NCBI GenBank assembly: GCA_965214605.1
Contig: OZ243961.1
Coordinates: forward strand, 4,064,001 to 4,128,000
Reading direction: 5' to 3'
Length of the DNA: 64,000 bases
DNA from: an uncultured Candidatus Binatia bacterium
GTDB lineage: Bacteria; Desulfobacterota; Binatia; Bin18
This document shows positions 20,523 through 30,751 of the stretch, piece after piece. Under the pieces are notes generated by a model, which ran no database searches, was not told where the DNA came from, and saw only the letters and a list, made by a program, of their open reading frames with translations. Each line of letters begins with the position of its first letter. Within the stretch, counting starts at the first letter, position 1. Both the position numbers and the translations under genes were made by a program.

Positions 20523-21005
20523 TCACTCCATGCCCAACACTTTGACTTCCACTAGCCGTAGGCGCTGACGGTTTTGTTCAAACAGGCCGACGATCTTGAG
20601 CGGTGTACCGGGTGGCGACTGGGCGACTTTGGACAGCAGAGTTCGGGGACCGATCAGGTTGAAATCTATCCCTCGCTGGCCGACCTTTTGGAGAATCATT
20701 TTGGTGCTCATTTGGGGATAGTTGGGCGCCTCAATGTCCATAATCTCGTATTGGTACTGCGTGCCAAAAGAGCTAATCCCCAGGGTGACGACTTCAATGT
20801 TGCCCTCCTCGGGCTTGGTGTTCAGAAAGCCGCTCATATTGATTTCAAATGGGGTGCGCGAGTTATCGTCCCACGGGTTGCTCCCCGAGCCAACCCCCCA
20901 ACCTGGACCTTGGCCATGGACGTCGACGGTGAGGACAATACTGAGGGCTAGGCTGAAAGCCATGACTGCAACAGGTGATATGGACCACCTTGCATTTCTT
21001 GACAT
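20523..21005 (-). CDS. Hypothetical exported protein
   Basis: Signal-peptide-like N-terminus; GGAGG RBS. Confidence 0.55.
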   Translation of the reverse strand: MSRNARWSISPVAVMAFSLALSIVLTVDVHGQGPGWGVGSGSNPWDDNSRTPFEINMSGFLNTKPEEGNIEVVTLGISSFGTQYQYEIMDIEAPNYPQMSTKMILQKVGQRGIDFNLIGPRTLLSKVAQSPPGTPLKIVGLFEQNRQRLRLVEVKVLGME

Positions 21006-21065
21006 GTCGGATTCCTCCCTTCGGTCGTGGTATTGTCTACTGTTCCATACACTCCCCAAGTGCGA

Positions 21066-22172
21066 CTAACCGCTCGAAAGCATAACGCGCAGCTCCGGCC
21101 AGGACCAAGCTTGGAATTTTGCGGCTTGGGTTTTGTCTGGGCTGGGGCTCTGATGATCTTGGGGCGCCTGGTTGTGTTGAAAGTACTGGTCGCGGTCTAA
21201 TGAGCGCACCGGCAGGGTCTGAATTACCGACTCGCGCAGAATCTGGAGGGGAACCTCTACCCCGGCTTCTCCCTGGGCCCAGAGCGCGCGGTAAAATTCG
21301 GCTTGGCCGCTGACCGTCGTGTCACCGACTCCGACAATAATATCACCCGGCCTGAGGCCAGCCTGGGCCGACGGCCCCCCAGGAATCGTGCCGGAGATGA
21401 ATAAATGGCCGCCGACCTCTTCGGTAAACAGACCCAGCCAGGGACGAGGCGGCTTCGAGGTCCGGCCGGTTGCCAGCAGGGCGGGCAAAATGGGTTTCAG
21501 CCGATCGATCGGAATGAACATATTACCGGGCAGCCGCCGCTCGCCTGGTCTGCCTTGAAGCGTATTGCCGACCAACAGTGAGCCAACACCGAGCAGATGA
21601 CCGCTCGGCCCGATCAGCGCCGCTCCAGCGAAATTGGGGTGTGGCGGAGAGGTAAAAATAGCGTCTTCCAACAGATATTCCCAATAGCCGGTGAACTCTC
21701 GCCGCGCTGTGACAAGAGCCGGTCGTACGGCCTCTGCAGGACCATAGCTGGCTACTAGAACCTCGGCCCGCTCGGTCAAATCGGCCGACAGACCGAGCGG
21801 AATCGGTGAGACGGAGAGCGGGGGTGACACCCGTAACAGGCCAAAGCCGGTATCATAATCATTGCCGATGACGGTGGCCCTCATCGGCCGGCCGCTCAGG
21901 CTGGTGACGGCCACGTGTTCGGCTTCAAGCAGGATGTAGCCAACGGTCAGGACCAATCCCTCAGCGTCAATCACTACGCCGCTGGCTTCGCGCTGTGTTC
22001 CCAGAAAGCGGGATGTGCGGGCGGTCGGTGGGATATGGGCACGAATATGGACGACGGCCGACAGAGCTTCGTGAATGGGGTCGTCATTGCCCGAGCTCAG
22101 CGCGGGTGCGATGAGGAGGTCTGCAAGGAACAGGAGAGACACTGGCCAACGGAGCCGTTGAGCGATTGGCAT
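21066..22172 (-). CDS. S1C trypsin-like/PDZ protein with non-canonical catalytic residues
   Basis: SGVVID..GLVLTVGY, PNFAGAALI, RPWLG plus PDZ GLRPGDII. Confidence 0.85.
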   Translation of the reverse strand: MPIAQRLRWPVSLLFLADLLIAPALSSGNDDPIHEALSAVVHIRAHIPPTARTSRFLGTQREASGVVIDAEGLVLTVGYILLEAEHVAVTSLSGRPMRATVIGNDYDTGFGLLRVSPPLSVSPIPLGLSADLTERAEVLVASYGPAEAVRPALVTARREFTGYWEYLLEDAIFTSPPHPNFAGAALIGPSGHLLGVGSLLVGNTLQGRPGERRLPGNMFIPIDRLKPILPALLATGRTSKPPRPWLGLFTEEVGGHLFISGTIPGGPSAQAGLRPGDIIVGVGDTTVSGQAEFYRALWAQGEAGVEVPLQILRESVIQTLPVRSLDRDQYFQHNQAPQDHQSPSPDKTQAAKFQAWSWPELRVMLSSG

Positions 22173-22210
22173 AATAGAGATCCTCCTTTTCCTAGTTGTT
22201 CCGCCCCACT

Positions 22211-23224
22211 TTACGCCGAAATGACCGAAAATACATCAGCCGGCAGACTATTTTTTTCAAACGGGGCGAGTGGATAGGGGCCAAGCTGCTCGAAGCGTCC
22301 AGAATCAGGATCGTAAGCGCGTATGCTGAGGCTGATCTGAAAGCGGGCCGTGGGGGATTCGGTTCGGCTGGGCGTCAGGGTATACACGTGATACTGAGCG
22401 TTGCGTTTAGGCTTGTGACCTAAGGCGGAGGCTGAGCGAACCCCAACAACCGGAATCGCCGCCCGGTATGGTGCCGGAATATGGGTCAGGGTCGTGGTAT
22501 GTGTATGGCCGTGCAGCACCAAATCGACCCCTGACTCGGCGAGGACCTGATGGAGGGGCTGAGCGTCACGTAAACGGCGTCGCTGCGGCAAACCAGCCTC
22601 GGTGGGTGGGTGATGCATCAGGACAATCTGACAGAGGTCGCTGTGCTTGAAGTACTGAAGGAGGCGTCTGAGACGGACCTGCTGGGCCGCTCCAACCTGG
22701 CCGCTGGCGGACAGTAGGCCGGTTGGACCGACGCTCGATACTCCGAGTAAGGCGACTGATCCGCGCACCCGCAGGCTCGGAAACCCTCCCGAAGACGTGG
22801 GTCCGGTCGGAAGTGCATCTGAGCGCAGATAAGCCTGCCAATGCATCTGGAGACTGGCGGCTGAGGCGGCCGTATAAGTATCGTGATTACCCGGAATGAG
22901 GGTGACGTGCTGGGGATCGCCTAGCCGCTTGAGCCAGCGTAGGGCTGAACGCAGCTCGGTCTCAAGACCGAGGTTTGTCAGGTCTCCGGTGATCACCGTA
23001 TGATCCGGCCGCTGGCTGTGCAGGTCTGCGATGAGCGCCTCTAAGACCTTGGGGCGATACTCATAGCGGCGTCGCACAAGCCATTTGAGCCAGCCGATCG
23101 TTTGTTTGTTCAGTCGCAGCGGGAGGGAGCGAAAACGGGCTTGGGTGACGTGCAGGTCTGATAAATGGGCCAGGGTAAACGACATGCTGACGACCGTTCT
23201 GTGGGTGTATGAGTCTGTCTGCAA
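22211..23224 (-). CDS. Calcineurin-like metallophosphoesterase
   Basis: SDLH, TGDL, GNHD, HHPP, HGHTH. Confidence 0.92.
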   Translation of the reverse strand: MQTDSYTHRTVVSMSFTLAHLSDLHVTQARFRSLPLRLNKQTIGWLKWLVRRRYEYRPKVLEALIADLHSQRPDHTVITGDLTNLGLETELRSALRWLKRLGDPQHVTLIPGNHDTYTAASAASLQMHWQAYLRSDALPTGPTSSGGFPSLRVRGSVALLGVSSVGPTGLLSASGQVGAAQQVRLRRLLQYFKHSDLCQIVLMHHPPTEAGLPQRRRLRDAQPLHQVLAESGVDLVLHGHTHTTTLTHIPAPYRAAIPVVGVRSASALGHKPKRNAQYHVYTLTPSRTESPTARFQISLSIRAYDPDSGRFEQLGPYPLAPFEKNSLPADVFSVISA

Positions 23225-23267
23225 TACGTTGGCTTTGGAGCGGACGCCCGTCAGCCGCCGGGGCGGT

Positions 23268-23783
23268 TCAACCCTTCTGAAATGTGCTAGAGACGGATAA
23301 GTCGGGGCTACCGGACAAGGTTTGGTACACTACGCAGTAGCGCTCGGTCAGCTTGAGCAGGGTCGCTAGTTGCTCGGGCTCGGCGTCAGAGTCGATATCA
23401 AAGCTGAGCCGAATGCTGCTAAAACCGACCGGGACGCCCTTTGCCACCGCCAGGGTACCGCGAAAGTCCAGGTCCCCTTCGGCCCGGATCGTTGCGTCGC
23501 GCAGGCTCACGCCGATGGACGTGGCCACCGCTCCAAGCGTGACGCCGGCACAGGCGGCTAGCGCTTCCAGCAACATATCTCCCGAACAGGCAGACAGACC
23601 GTCTCCGCCTGTTGCCGGGTGAAGCCCAGCCTCAACCAAAGCCTGGCCGGTTTCAATCTTACACGTGATGTCCTGGCCCAGTCGGGCCTGGGCTTTGAGC
23701 GTCACATGGGCAGATTCCGGCCGGTCCGTATACTGCTGCTTTAGAGGTGCTTGCAGATCTCTCAGGTCTTGTCTGGTCATCAT
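23268..23783 (-). CDS. OsmC family protein
   Basis: ACSGDMLLEALAACAG ... TERYCVV. Confidence 0.9.
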   Translation of the reverse strand: MMTRQDLRDLQAPLKQQYTDRPESAHVTLKAQARLGQDITCKIETGQALVEAGLHPATGGDGLSACSGDMLLEALAACAGVTLGAVATSIGVSLRDATIRAEGDLDFRGTLAVAKGVPVGFSSIRLSFDIDSDAEPEQLATLLKLTERYCVVYQTLSGSPDLSVSSTFQKG

Positions 23784-23926
23784 CTGTTCCTCCGGACTGT
23801 GAAGGGTGTTGCTATCGTGAAAAGGTGAAAATCGCGACAGTATCGCTACTGTGGCCCAGGACTCGTCGGTCTGCCTATACCACATCTGCCGACTATGATA
23901 AGACCGCTTAGGACACGGACAAGGGT

Positions 23927-25120
23927 ATGACCAAGGCGACGAGTGGGACGCAAACTGCCATCTGGCTCCTTACCGCTCCGGATCAGCCGGAGCTCAAAAT
24001 TTGGGGTATTTCCGGCGCGGAACGCTTGCGACGGATGTGCATAGCGGCTGGCACAGCGGCCGAGCAGATCGGCGTCGGCCCTCCGGCTGCGTTCCGAGCG
24101 CAGAGCCGAGATGTCCTTATCGTGCGCGCCGATTACGTGTTTGATGAACGTCTGATCCACGCTCTACTGAACTCCTCCTCCGCCTCTAATAGTATTCTGT
24201 TCGCCTCGGCCGGCCAGCCGCTCGTTGTCGCGGCTCGAGTCGAGACACGAAACTGTAGCACGGCCCTAGCCCTGCTATCCGGAGCCGCAGCCTTGCCAAC
24301 GGTCGGCTCTCATACCGGCCTCCGCAGCTTTACGCCAAGCGATCTGGTGCCTGCCTACAATCCCGCACTCCGAAAATCCATCGCCCCTTACGTCCTCCCC
24401 ATTCAGCCGCAGCGAATTGCCGAGATTGAAGCGCATCTTTTCCGGGCGTCATACAAAGGCATCACGGATGTGGTTACCAAATGGGTCTGGCCCCGCCCGG
24501 CTCAGGCCGTCGTGCGCGTCTTGGCCTGGGCCGGCGTGCGGCCGAATGGGGTGACCAGTCTGAGCTGGGTGCTGGTAGTTCTGGCCACCTGGCTGTTTGC
24601 CATTGGCTCTTTTGGCTTCGGACTGCTGGCGGCTTGGTTGATGACCTTTCTGGATACGGTCGACGGTAAGCTGGCACGGGTCAGCCTCACCTCAAGCAAA
24701 ATCGGCCATGTGCTCGACCACGGTCTTGATCTGGTCCACCCACCTTTTTGGTACCTGGCATGGGCTCTTGGTCTGCCTCGTAGCGCGGTCTGGCTGGAAG
24801 TGGCGCTCATGGTGACCCTGCTTGGATATGTGCTGGGGCGTTTGCTGGAGGGTGTTTTTCTGCTGGTCTTTAAGATGGAAATGCACAACTGGCGGCCTAT
24901 TGATTCGTTTTTCCGAATGATCACGGCTCGGCGTAACCCGAATCTTATCGTGCTGTCTGTGGCCACGCTGGGCGGCCGCCCAGATTGGGGCTTAGTGGGG
25001 GTGGCGGTTTGGACGCTGTGTTCGATCGCGTTTCATAGCGTGCGTTTGCTCCAGGCGTGTAGCCAACTCTGGCGGGGCCAGCCACTCCGGACCTGGCAGG
25101 AATCGGAGACCACCGGGTGA
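23927..25120 (+). CDS. CDP-alcohol phosphatidyltransferase family protein (Caulobacter CpgA-like)
   Basis: LDTVDGKLAR...GHVLDHGLD motif; N-terminal degenerate nucleotidyltransferase-like region; located in a sphingolipid cluster. Confidence 0.85.
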   Translation: MTKATSGTQTAIWLLTAPDQPELKIWGISGAERLRRMCIAAGTAAEQIGVGPPAAFRAQSRDVLIVRADYVFDERLIHALLNSSSASNSILFASAGQPLVVAARVETRNCSTALALLSGAAALPTVGSHTGLRSFTPSDLVPAYNPALRKSIAPYVLPIQPQRIAEIEAHLFRASYKGITDVVTKWVWPRPAQAVVRVLAWAGVRPNGVTSLSWVLVVLATWLFAIGSFGFGLLAAWLMTFLDTVDGKLARVSLTSSKIGHVLDHGLDLVHPPFWYLAWALGLPRSAVWLEVALMVTLLGYVLGRLLEGVFLLVFKMEMHNWRPIDSFFRMITARRNPNLIVLSVATLGGRPDWGLVGVAVWTLCSIAFHSVRLLQACSQLWRGQPLRTWQESETTG

Positions 25121-25122
25121 GA

Positions 25123-25211
25123 CCCCGTCCCCCGCACGGTTGGCTCGAGTCTCCGCCGGCACCATCAAGGCGCGCATGGCATCCCCCGTCCCCCGCACGG
25201 TTGGCTCGAGT
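25123..25211. repeat. Two-copy 28-bp direct repeat with 33-bp spacer
   Basis: ccccgtcccccgcacggttggctcgagt at 25123-25150 and 25184-25211. Confidence 0.85.
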
Positions 25212-25214
25212 TTC

Positions 25215-26168
25215 ATGCGCATCGGCGTTTTGAGCAATACCCAGGCTGGCCGAAATCTTAGTCGTGCGGCCCGGCTGCGGGCGCTGTGTGAGGGGCAGTC
25301 GGATGTCGTGCACCTTGAGATAGGTCCACAGCTAGGGGTTGAAGAGGCGGTTGCGATCTTGGCCGGCCACGAGAGTGAGGTGTTGGCTGTGTGTGGCGGG
25401 GACGGCACCCTGCAGCACGTCCTGACCGCGTTGCTGAGCACCCCGACGCCTGCCCGTCTTCCCCTGATTGCTCCGCTAAAGGGCGGGCGAACCAACGCTG
25501 GGGCGCTTGATATCGGAAGTCACCCAAACCCGCTTTCCGCTCTGTCCCGCCTGATGCAAGCCGTCCGCCAGGGCAAGCTTAGGCAGAGCGTGGTGGAACG
25601 GCCGGTTTTACGCGTTGAGCTGGGGCCGGACGAGGCGGTGCAGTACGGTTTCTTTTTTGGGGTGGGGGTGATTTATCGAACCACGGAGCTGAAACACCGC
25701 CTTCTGCCCGACCGCTATTTTCAGGGGCCACTGACGTCTGGAGCGATCATTGGACTGGTAGCGCTGCGGACGCTACTGGGCTCCTCCCGCGGCGTCCTGG
25801 TCCGCGACCGCATGGACATCCAGCTTGATAGTCGATCACTTGGCTCTCGCCCCTTTTTGCTTGCTTTTGCCACGACTCTCAACTCGCTCATGAGGCTGCG
25901 TCCGTTCTGGGGGCAAGAAGAGGCGCCTATTCACTGCACCGCGATTGCGGAAGGGGCGCCGCGGAGGTTGCTGGCCCCATTCCGTATCGTCCAAGGCCGC
26001 CCACCCCAGTCTGACGGGCCGCTCGCCGGCTATGTGAGTCACAACCTGTATCAGCTCCAGGTACGGCTTGACTGTGGGATCGTCATTGATGGAGAGTTGT
26101 TTGCACCCAAAGAGGGCCGTGTGGTCCGTGTTGAAGTCGATCGGCGGCTCCAATTTGTCCGGACCTGA
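25215..26168 (+). CDS. Diacylglycerol/sphingosine kinase family protein (ceramide kinase CpgB-like)
   Basis: GGDGTL, PLKGGRTN, IDGE motifs; gene context. Confidence 0.85.
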   Translation: MRIGVLSNTQAGRNLSRAARLRALCEGQSDVVHLEIGPQLGVEEAVAILAGHESEVLAVCGGDGTLQHVLTALLSTPTPARLPLIAPLKGGRTNAGALDIGSHPNPLSALSRLMQAVRQGKLRQSVVERPVLRVELGPDEAVQYGFFFGVGVIYRTTELKHRLLPDRYFQGPLTSGAIIGLVALRTLLGSSRGVLVRDRMDIQLDSRSLGSRPFLLAFATTLNSLMRLRPFWGQEEAPIHCTAIAEGAPRRLLAPFRIVQGRPPQSDGPLAGYVSHNLYQLQVRLDCGIVIDGELFAPKEGRVVRVEVDRRLQFVRT

Positions 26169-26189
26169 AGGAACGCAACCGCACGCCTG

Positions 26190-27143
26190 ATGAGCGCCTT
26201 ACACAAAATCGTGGGCCAAGAACTCGACCAGCCCACGTTCGCGGCGGCGCGAGCCATTACCGACGAGATCCGCCGCCGCCACGGCCCTGCCGTTGCCGCT
26301 GTCCTGTTCTACGGCTCGTGTCTGCGCCAACACACGAGCCAGGGAGTATTGGATTTCTATGTTTTGGTCGATAGCTACCGGGCTGTCTTTGCCTCACGGC
26401 TATGGGCCGTCCTGAACGCTGTCCTGCCGCCAAACGTGTTTTATCTGGAGGTCGGGTGTAAACCGTACCGGGTGCGGGCCAAGTACGCGGTGGTTTCGAT
26501 GCGTGACTTTGTGTCCGGCGCCTCTCCGCGCAGTTGGCACGCGATTATCTGGGGACGCTTCTGTCAGCCGACACGGCTGATCTATTGCCGTGATGAAGCC
26601 TGCCGTGACCGCGTTGTCAGCGCGTGTGTTGAGGCCATTCTGACCCTGGTTGGGCGGATAACAGCTCTGTTGCCAGCCCGGTTTACAGTCGCTGAGCTGT
26701 GGCAACGTGGCTTTCGAGAGACGTACCGGACGGAGTTACGGGCCGAGCAACCCGCTGCCATTGAGGCCCTCTATCGCGCAGCGATTGAGCGCTACCGCCG
26801 GGTTGCCGAACACGCCTTGTACGAATTACAGCGTCGCGGGAAACTACACCTGGCCGTTTCCGAATTGGATCGGACTGGTGAATGGCAGGTGCGGATCCCG
26901 CACCGATACCGTCGCCGGAGGTGCTGGGACTGGAAGATCAGGCGTGTCTTGGCCAAAGGCCGCTACGCGCTGTGGTTGCTCAAATCTGGGCTGACATTTG
27001 ACGACTGGTTGCCCTACGCGGCGTGGAAGATCAGCCGCCAGGCCGGGCTTGCCTGGCAACCGACCGAACGCCAGCGTCGCCATCCTTTTTTATTGGGCGG
27101 CCCGGCGATTCTCAAGCTGCTGCTTCGGCGTCATCTCCGTTGA
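26190..27143 (+). CDS. Putative Tam41-like cytidylyltransferase (CpgC-like)
   Basis: FYGSCLR...LDFYVLVD nucleotidyltransferase signature, PPNVFY, AKYAV, WGRFCQP, YRTELRAE. Confidence 0.7.
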   Translation: MSALHKIVGQELDQPTFAAARAITDEIRRRHGPAVAAVLFYGSCLRQHTSQGVLDFYVLVDSYRAVFASRLWAVLNAVLPPNVFYLEVGCKPYRVRAKYAVVSMRDFVSGASPRSWHAIIWGRFCQPTRLIYCRDEACRDRVVSACVEAILTLVGRITALLPARFTVAELWQRGFRETYRTELRAEQPAAIEALYRAAIERYRRVAEHALYELQRRGKLHLAVSELDRTGEWQVRIPHRYRRRRCWDWKIRRVLAKGRYALWLLKSGLTFDDWLPYAAWKISRQAGLAWQPTERQRRHPFLLGGPAILKLLLRRHLR

Positions 27144-28229
27144 GCCGCGCCGGATGAGGGCAGAGATAGCCGATAGAATACCGCTCTGGTAGGTCTGCCG
27201 GTAGGGCGAGTCGTGGCTTAGCTCGGCCTCAAGCCGACGGTGGAGGGCCCCCAAGCTGTGGTAGGGGACAGTGGGGAGAAAGTGGTGCAGGGCGTGGTAG
27301 CGGAGACCGACCGGAGCGGCCGCAGCGGTCAGCAAGTTGAACAATGGCGTCCTTCTCATCGAGTCCTCGTTAACCTTAAGCGATCGGCCCCGGAGGGTAA
27401 TCGAGTCTAGAACCTGGTCAACCGTGGTAACGGCCCGACCTTGGTTGGCATAGCGATGGGCGGCCAGGGTTCGGACTTGGTTGACAACCAGGATGCCCGC
27501 TCCGGTCAGGAACCACTGCTCTAGCCAGGCGGGCGGAATCCAGCCCAGATAGCAACCAAGCGCAACACCCCAAAACACAGCGCCCGCTCCGACTTCTTGG
27601 ACGGCAAAGCGGGTTCGTTGCTGTTTTGAGGGCAGCGGCCGACGATAGTGGGGGTTGATGACAAGACTTGAGGCGTGGTGGATGACAAAACGACGCAACG
27701 GCGGCAGACTCGCCGCGAGCGGGCCGATCAGCCCCCAGCGTATGGCCAGCAAGGGCGGAACAAGGCTAACTTGAACAACGAACCAGATAAGTCCGAAGGG
27801 ATGAGTATGCGCCAGAGGGAGGTATTCAGGATCGTCCGGGGTCCCAAAAGTCGCCTGGCGATGGTGATTGCCGTGAGGGTCATACATGATGCTCGGAACC
27901 ATAAGCGGAAGGCCGACTAGGATGAGCCAGGCGATTTCAAAACCTGGTATGGCGCGGCGCTTGAGGTGGGCGAGTTCGTGAATAAACAGCACGGCTCGCA
28001 GCAGGGCGAGGATGGCGACGACACTATATCCCAGATGGACCACAGAACCGACCGGCGCGTATAGACTCAAGCCAAAACATCCCCAACCCAGGCCGGCTGA
28101 GGCTAGCATGTCGCTCCAATATTTCCACGGCTGAGGCTGAAAGACACTGGCAAACCGACGCCGATAGTCGGCCGCAATAAGCGGAGCAGCTGCGGTCCTT
28201 GGGAGGCTGACAGGGGCGGGCTCAGACAT
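27090..28229 (-). CDS. Membrane fatty-acid desaturase family protein
   Basis: Three His boxes HELAH, HGNHH, HALHH. Confidence 0.9.
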   Translation of the reverse strand: MSEPAPVSLPRTAAAPLIAADYRRRFASVFQPQPWKYWSDMLASAGLGWGCFGLSLYAPVGSVVHLGYSVVAILALLRAVLFIHELAHLKRRAIPGFEIAWLILVGLPLMVPSIMYDPHGNHHRQATFGTPDDPEYLPLAHTHPFGLIWFVVQVSLVPPLLAIRWGLIGPLAASLPPLRRFVIHHASSLVINPHYRRPLPSKQQRTRFAVQEVGAGAVFWGVALGCYLGWIPPAWLEQWFLTGAGILVVNQVRTLAAHRYANQGRAVTTVDQVLDSITLRGRSLKVNEDSMRRTPLFNLLTAAAAPVGLRYHALHHFLPTVPYHSLGALHRRLEAELSHDSPYRQTYQSGILSAISALIRRGSTEMTPKQQLENRRAAQ

Positions 28230-28466
28230 GCGGTTGGTGTCCTGCTTTGTGGGCCGATTCGGATCGACCGTTATTGAGGAAGACTAAAGAGGTCTCCGTC
28301 AGAGTGTCAAGAGGCGGGGCTGCGTGGACGGCCGGGAGGAGTTTGGAAGACGGTGGAATTTTCGTCCGGTGTCGGTGTCACTTGGTAAACGTCTTGGAAT
28401 CTGGTATCTAGCGACGATCGTGTTGAATCTCTGGATACATGGGTGAGCCGAACACAGCGGACAGCT

Positions 28467-29456
28467 ATGGCCCCGGGCAACCGGGTCTTGATTACAGGGG
28501 GGACGGGTTTTGTTGGTTCCCACCTGCTCGAAACCCTCGCTCCACATCCGTTCCGTTTGCGGGCTCTGGTCCGTAAGGCGGACGATGCGGCACGGCTGAG
28601 TGCACGCGGTGTGGAGTGTATTCGGGGCGATATGAGCGACACGGCAGCTCTGACTCGGGCCGTTGCCGATGTTGACGTGGTCTTTCATATCGCTGCGGTC
28701 ACCAAAGCACCAACTGGAGCCGTCTATGAGCGGGTCAATGGGCAGGGAACACGAGCGCTGATTGCGGCTATCCGGGCTACTCCATCGTGTCCACGCCGGT
28801 TTGTCTATCTCAGCTCCTTGGCTGCGGTTGGCCCGGCCAGAGACGGCAAGCCGGTTCGTGTGGACGATCAGCCCCGGCCACTAACGGCCTATGGGCGCAG
28901 CAAGTTAGCCGGAGAGCTGGCCTGCCGTGCGCTGATGAATGAGACCGAGGTCGTTATCCTGCGTGCGCCGGTGGTGTACGGACCGCGAGACCGAGACTTT
29001 TTCCTGCTGTTTCAACTGGCTATGCGGGGGATCTTGCTGATGCCCAGAGGGGTCGAGGGTCTTCTGCAGCTCATCCATGTCCATGATCTGGTAGATGCCT
29101 TGATTCGAGCCGCCACTCTTGCCAAGGTGGCGGGGATCTATCATATTGCCGAAGCGCGCTCCTATAGCCGGGCAGAACTTGTAGTCGGGATCGCGCGCGC
29201 ACTCAGGCGGCCGGTCCGCACGGTGCGCGTGCCTCACTGGTTGGTGCGGCTCGCCGCTAGCTGCAGTGAGTTGGGCGCGACGATGAGAGGGCGGACGACA
29301 ATCTTTAATCGGGATAAGGTTCAGGAGCTGTTGGCACCTGGCTGGTTGTGTGAAACCGCAGCCGCTCGACAGGACTTGTCCTTTGAGGCGCGCATACCCT
29401 TATCTGAAGGTTTGACATGCACGGTCGCATGGTATCGAGAACAGGGCTGGCTGTAG
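28467..29456 (+). CDS. NAD-dependent epimerase/reductase, probable ceramide reductase (CerR-like)
   Basis: TGGTGFVG, SSLAA, YGRSK; immediately upstream of spt. Confidence 0.8.
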   Translation: MAPGNRVLITGGTGFVGSHLLETLAPHPFRLRALVRKADDAARLSARGVECIRGDMSDTAALTRAVADVDVVFHIAAVTKAPTGAVYERVNGQGTRALIAAIRATPSCPRRFVYLSSLAAVGPARDGKPVRVDDQPRPLTAYGRSKLAGELACRALMNETEVVILRAPVVYGPRDRDFFLLFQLAMRGILLMPRGVEGLLQLIHVHDLVDALIRAATLAKVAGIYHIAEARSYSRAELVVGIARALRRPVRTVRVPHWLVRLAASCSELGATMRGRTTIFNRDKVQELLAPGWLCETAAARQDLSFEARIPLSEGLTCTVAWYREQGWL

Positions 29457-29548
29457 GAGCAAGGTATGAACCGAGGGAAGGGACGGAGCTGTCCGATGCA
29501 GCTCGTTGTTGGGAATTTTGAGTCTGTTACTGGAGAGGGGGGGGTTGG

Positions 29549-30745
29549 ATGAAACTGTTGGACAAGTGCGCTCGCTTTACACGGGCTCGGGAAGCGCAGG
29601 CCGGAGGATATTATCCTTTTTTTCTCCCCATTGAAGCTTCTGACGGGACAGAAGCAACGGTAAACGGCGAACCCAAGATCATGATGGGTTCGAATAATTA
29701 TTTGGGACTGACCCATCACCCAAAGGTCATTGAAGCGGCGGCCGACACCTTACAGCGCTACGGGAGTGGCTGTACTGGGAGTCGTTTTCTGAACGGCACG
29801 CTTGACCTGCACGAACAACTCGAAGATCGTTTGGCCCGATTTCTCAACAAAGAAGCGGCCCTGGTGTTTAGTACTGGCTATCAGACCAATCTGGGCGTGG
29901 TGGCCGGTTTGATAGGACGTGGCGATTATCTGTATCTGGATAAGCTCAATCACGCGAGTTTGGTTGATAGCGCCCGCCTGGCCTACGGCACGGTGTGTCG
30001 CTACCCGCATGAAGATCTGGGGATTTTAGAACAACAGCTGGCTCGGAGCGCGGGTGATGCTGGAAAGCTCATTGTCACCGACGGTGTCTTCTCTATGGAT
30101 GGCGATATTGTTGCACTCCCCGAGCTCGTCCGTCTGTCCGAGCAGTATGAGAGCGACATCCTAGTTGATGACGCCCACGGTTTTGGCGTGCTGGGCGATC
30201 GGGGTGCCGGGACTGCCGAACACTACCGACTCGAAGACCAAGTCATGCTGATTGTGGCCACGTTTTCAAAATCCCTGGCTTCTATCGGTGGCGTGGTGGC
30301 CGGACCTGAGCTGGTTATTCATTACCTCAAGCACCATGCCCGCTCCTTGATTTTTAGTGCCAGTATGCCGCCGGCTTCTGTGGCGACGGTCTTGGCTGCC
30401 CTTGATGTGATTGAGGCTGAGCCCGAGCGACGTGAGGCATTGTGGCGCAACACCCGCCGGATGCAGGACGGGCTGAAAAGCCTAGGCTATGATATCGGAG
30501 TCAGCGAAACCCCGATCATTCCTGTTGTCACCGGCCAGCCGATTGAGACCTGGCTGCTGTGGAAATCGCTCTACGACGGCGGGATTTTTACCAATCCGGT
30601 CATTCCCCCGGCTGTGCCCGACCATTCCTGTCGGGTGCGGATCTCTATGATGGCGACGCACACCGACGAACAGATTGATTTTGTGCTCGACGCCTTTGAG
30701 CGTGGCCGCCATCAGTTGGGTATTCGCAGTCAGATGGCGGTCTAA
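29549..30745 (+). CDS. spt: Serine palmitoyltransferase (alpha-oxoamine synthase)
   Basis: YPFFLPI, GSNNYLGL, GSRFLNGT, DDAH, TFSKS, SLIFSASMPP; flanked by CerR- and bCerS-like genes. Confidence 0.8.
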   Translation: MKLLDKCARFTRAREAQAGGYYPFFLPIEASDGTEATVNGEPKIMMGSNNYLGLTHHPKVIEAAADTLQRYGSGCTGSRFLNGTLDLHEQLEDRLARFLNKEAALVFSTGYQTNLGVVAGLIGRGDYLYLDKLNHASLVDSARLAYGTVCRYPHEDLGILEQQLARSAGDAGKLIVTDGVFSMDGDIVALPELVRLSEQYESDILVDDAHGFGVLGDRGAGTAEHYRLEDQVMLIVATFSKSLASIGGVVAGPELVIHYLKHHARSLIFSASMPPASVATVLAALDVIEAEPERREALWRNTRRMQDGLKSLGYDIGVSETPIIPVVTGQPIETWLLWKSLYDGGIFTNPVIPPAVPDHSCRVRISMMATHTDEQIDFVLDAFERGRHQLGIRSQMAV

Positions 30746-30751
30746 ACCGCC

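Noticed and set aside
25123-25211. CRISPR array
   Set aside because: Only two repeats, no strong palindrome, no leader or cas genes; kept only as a direct repeat
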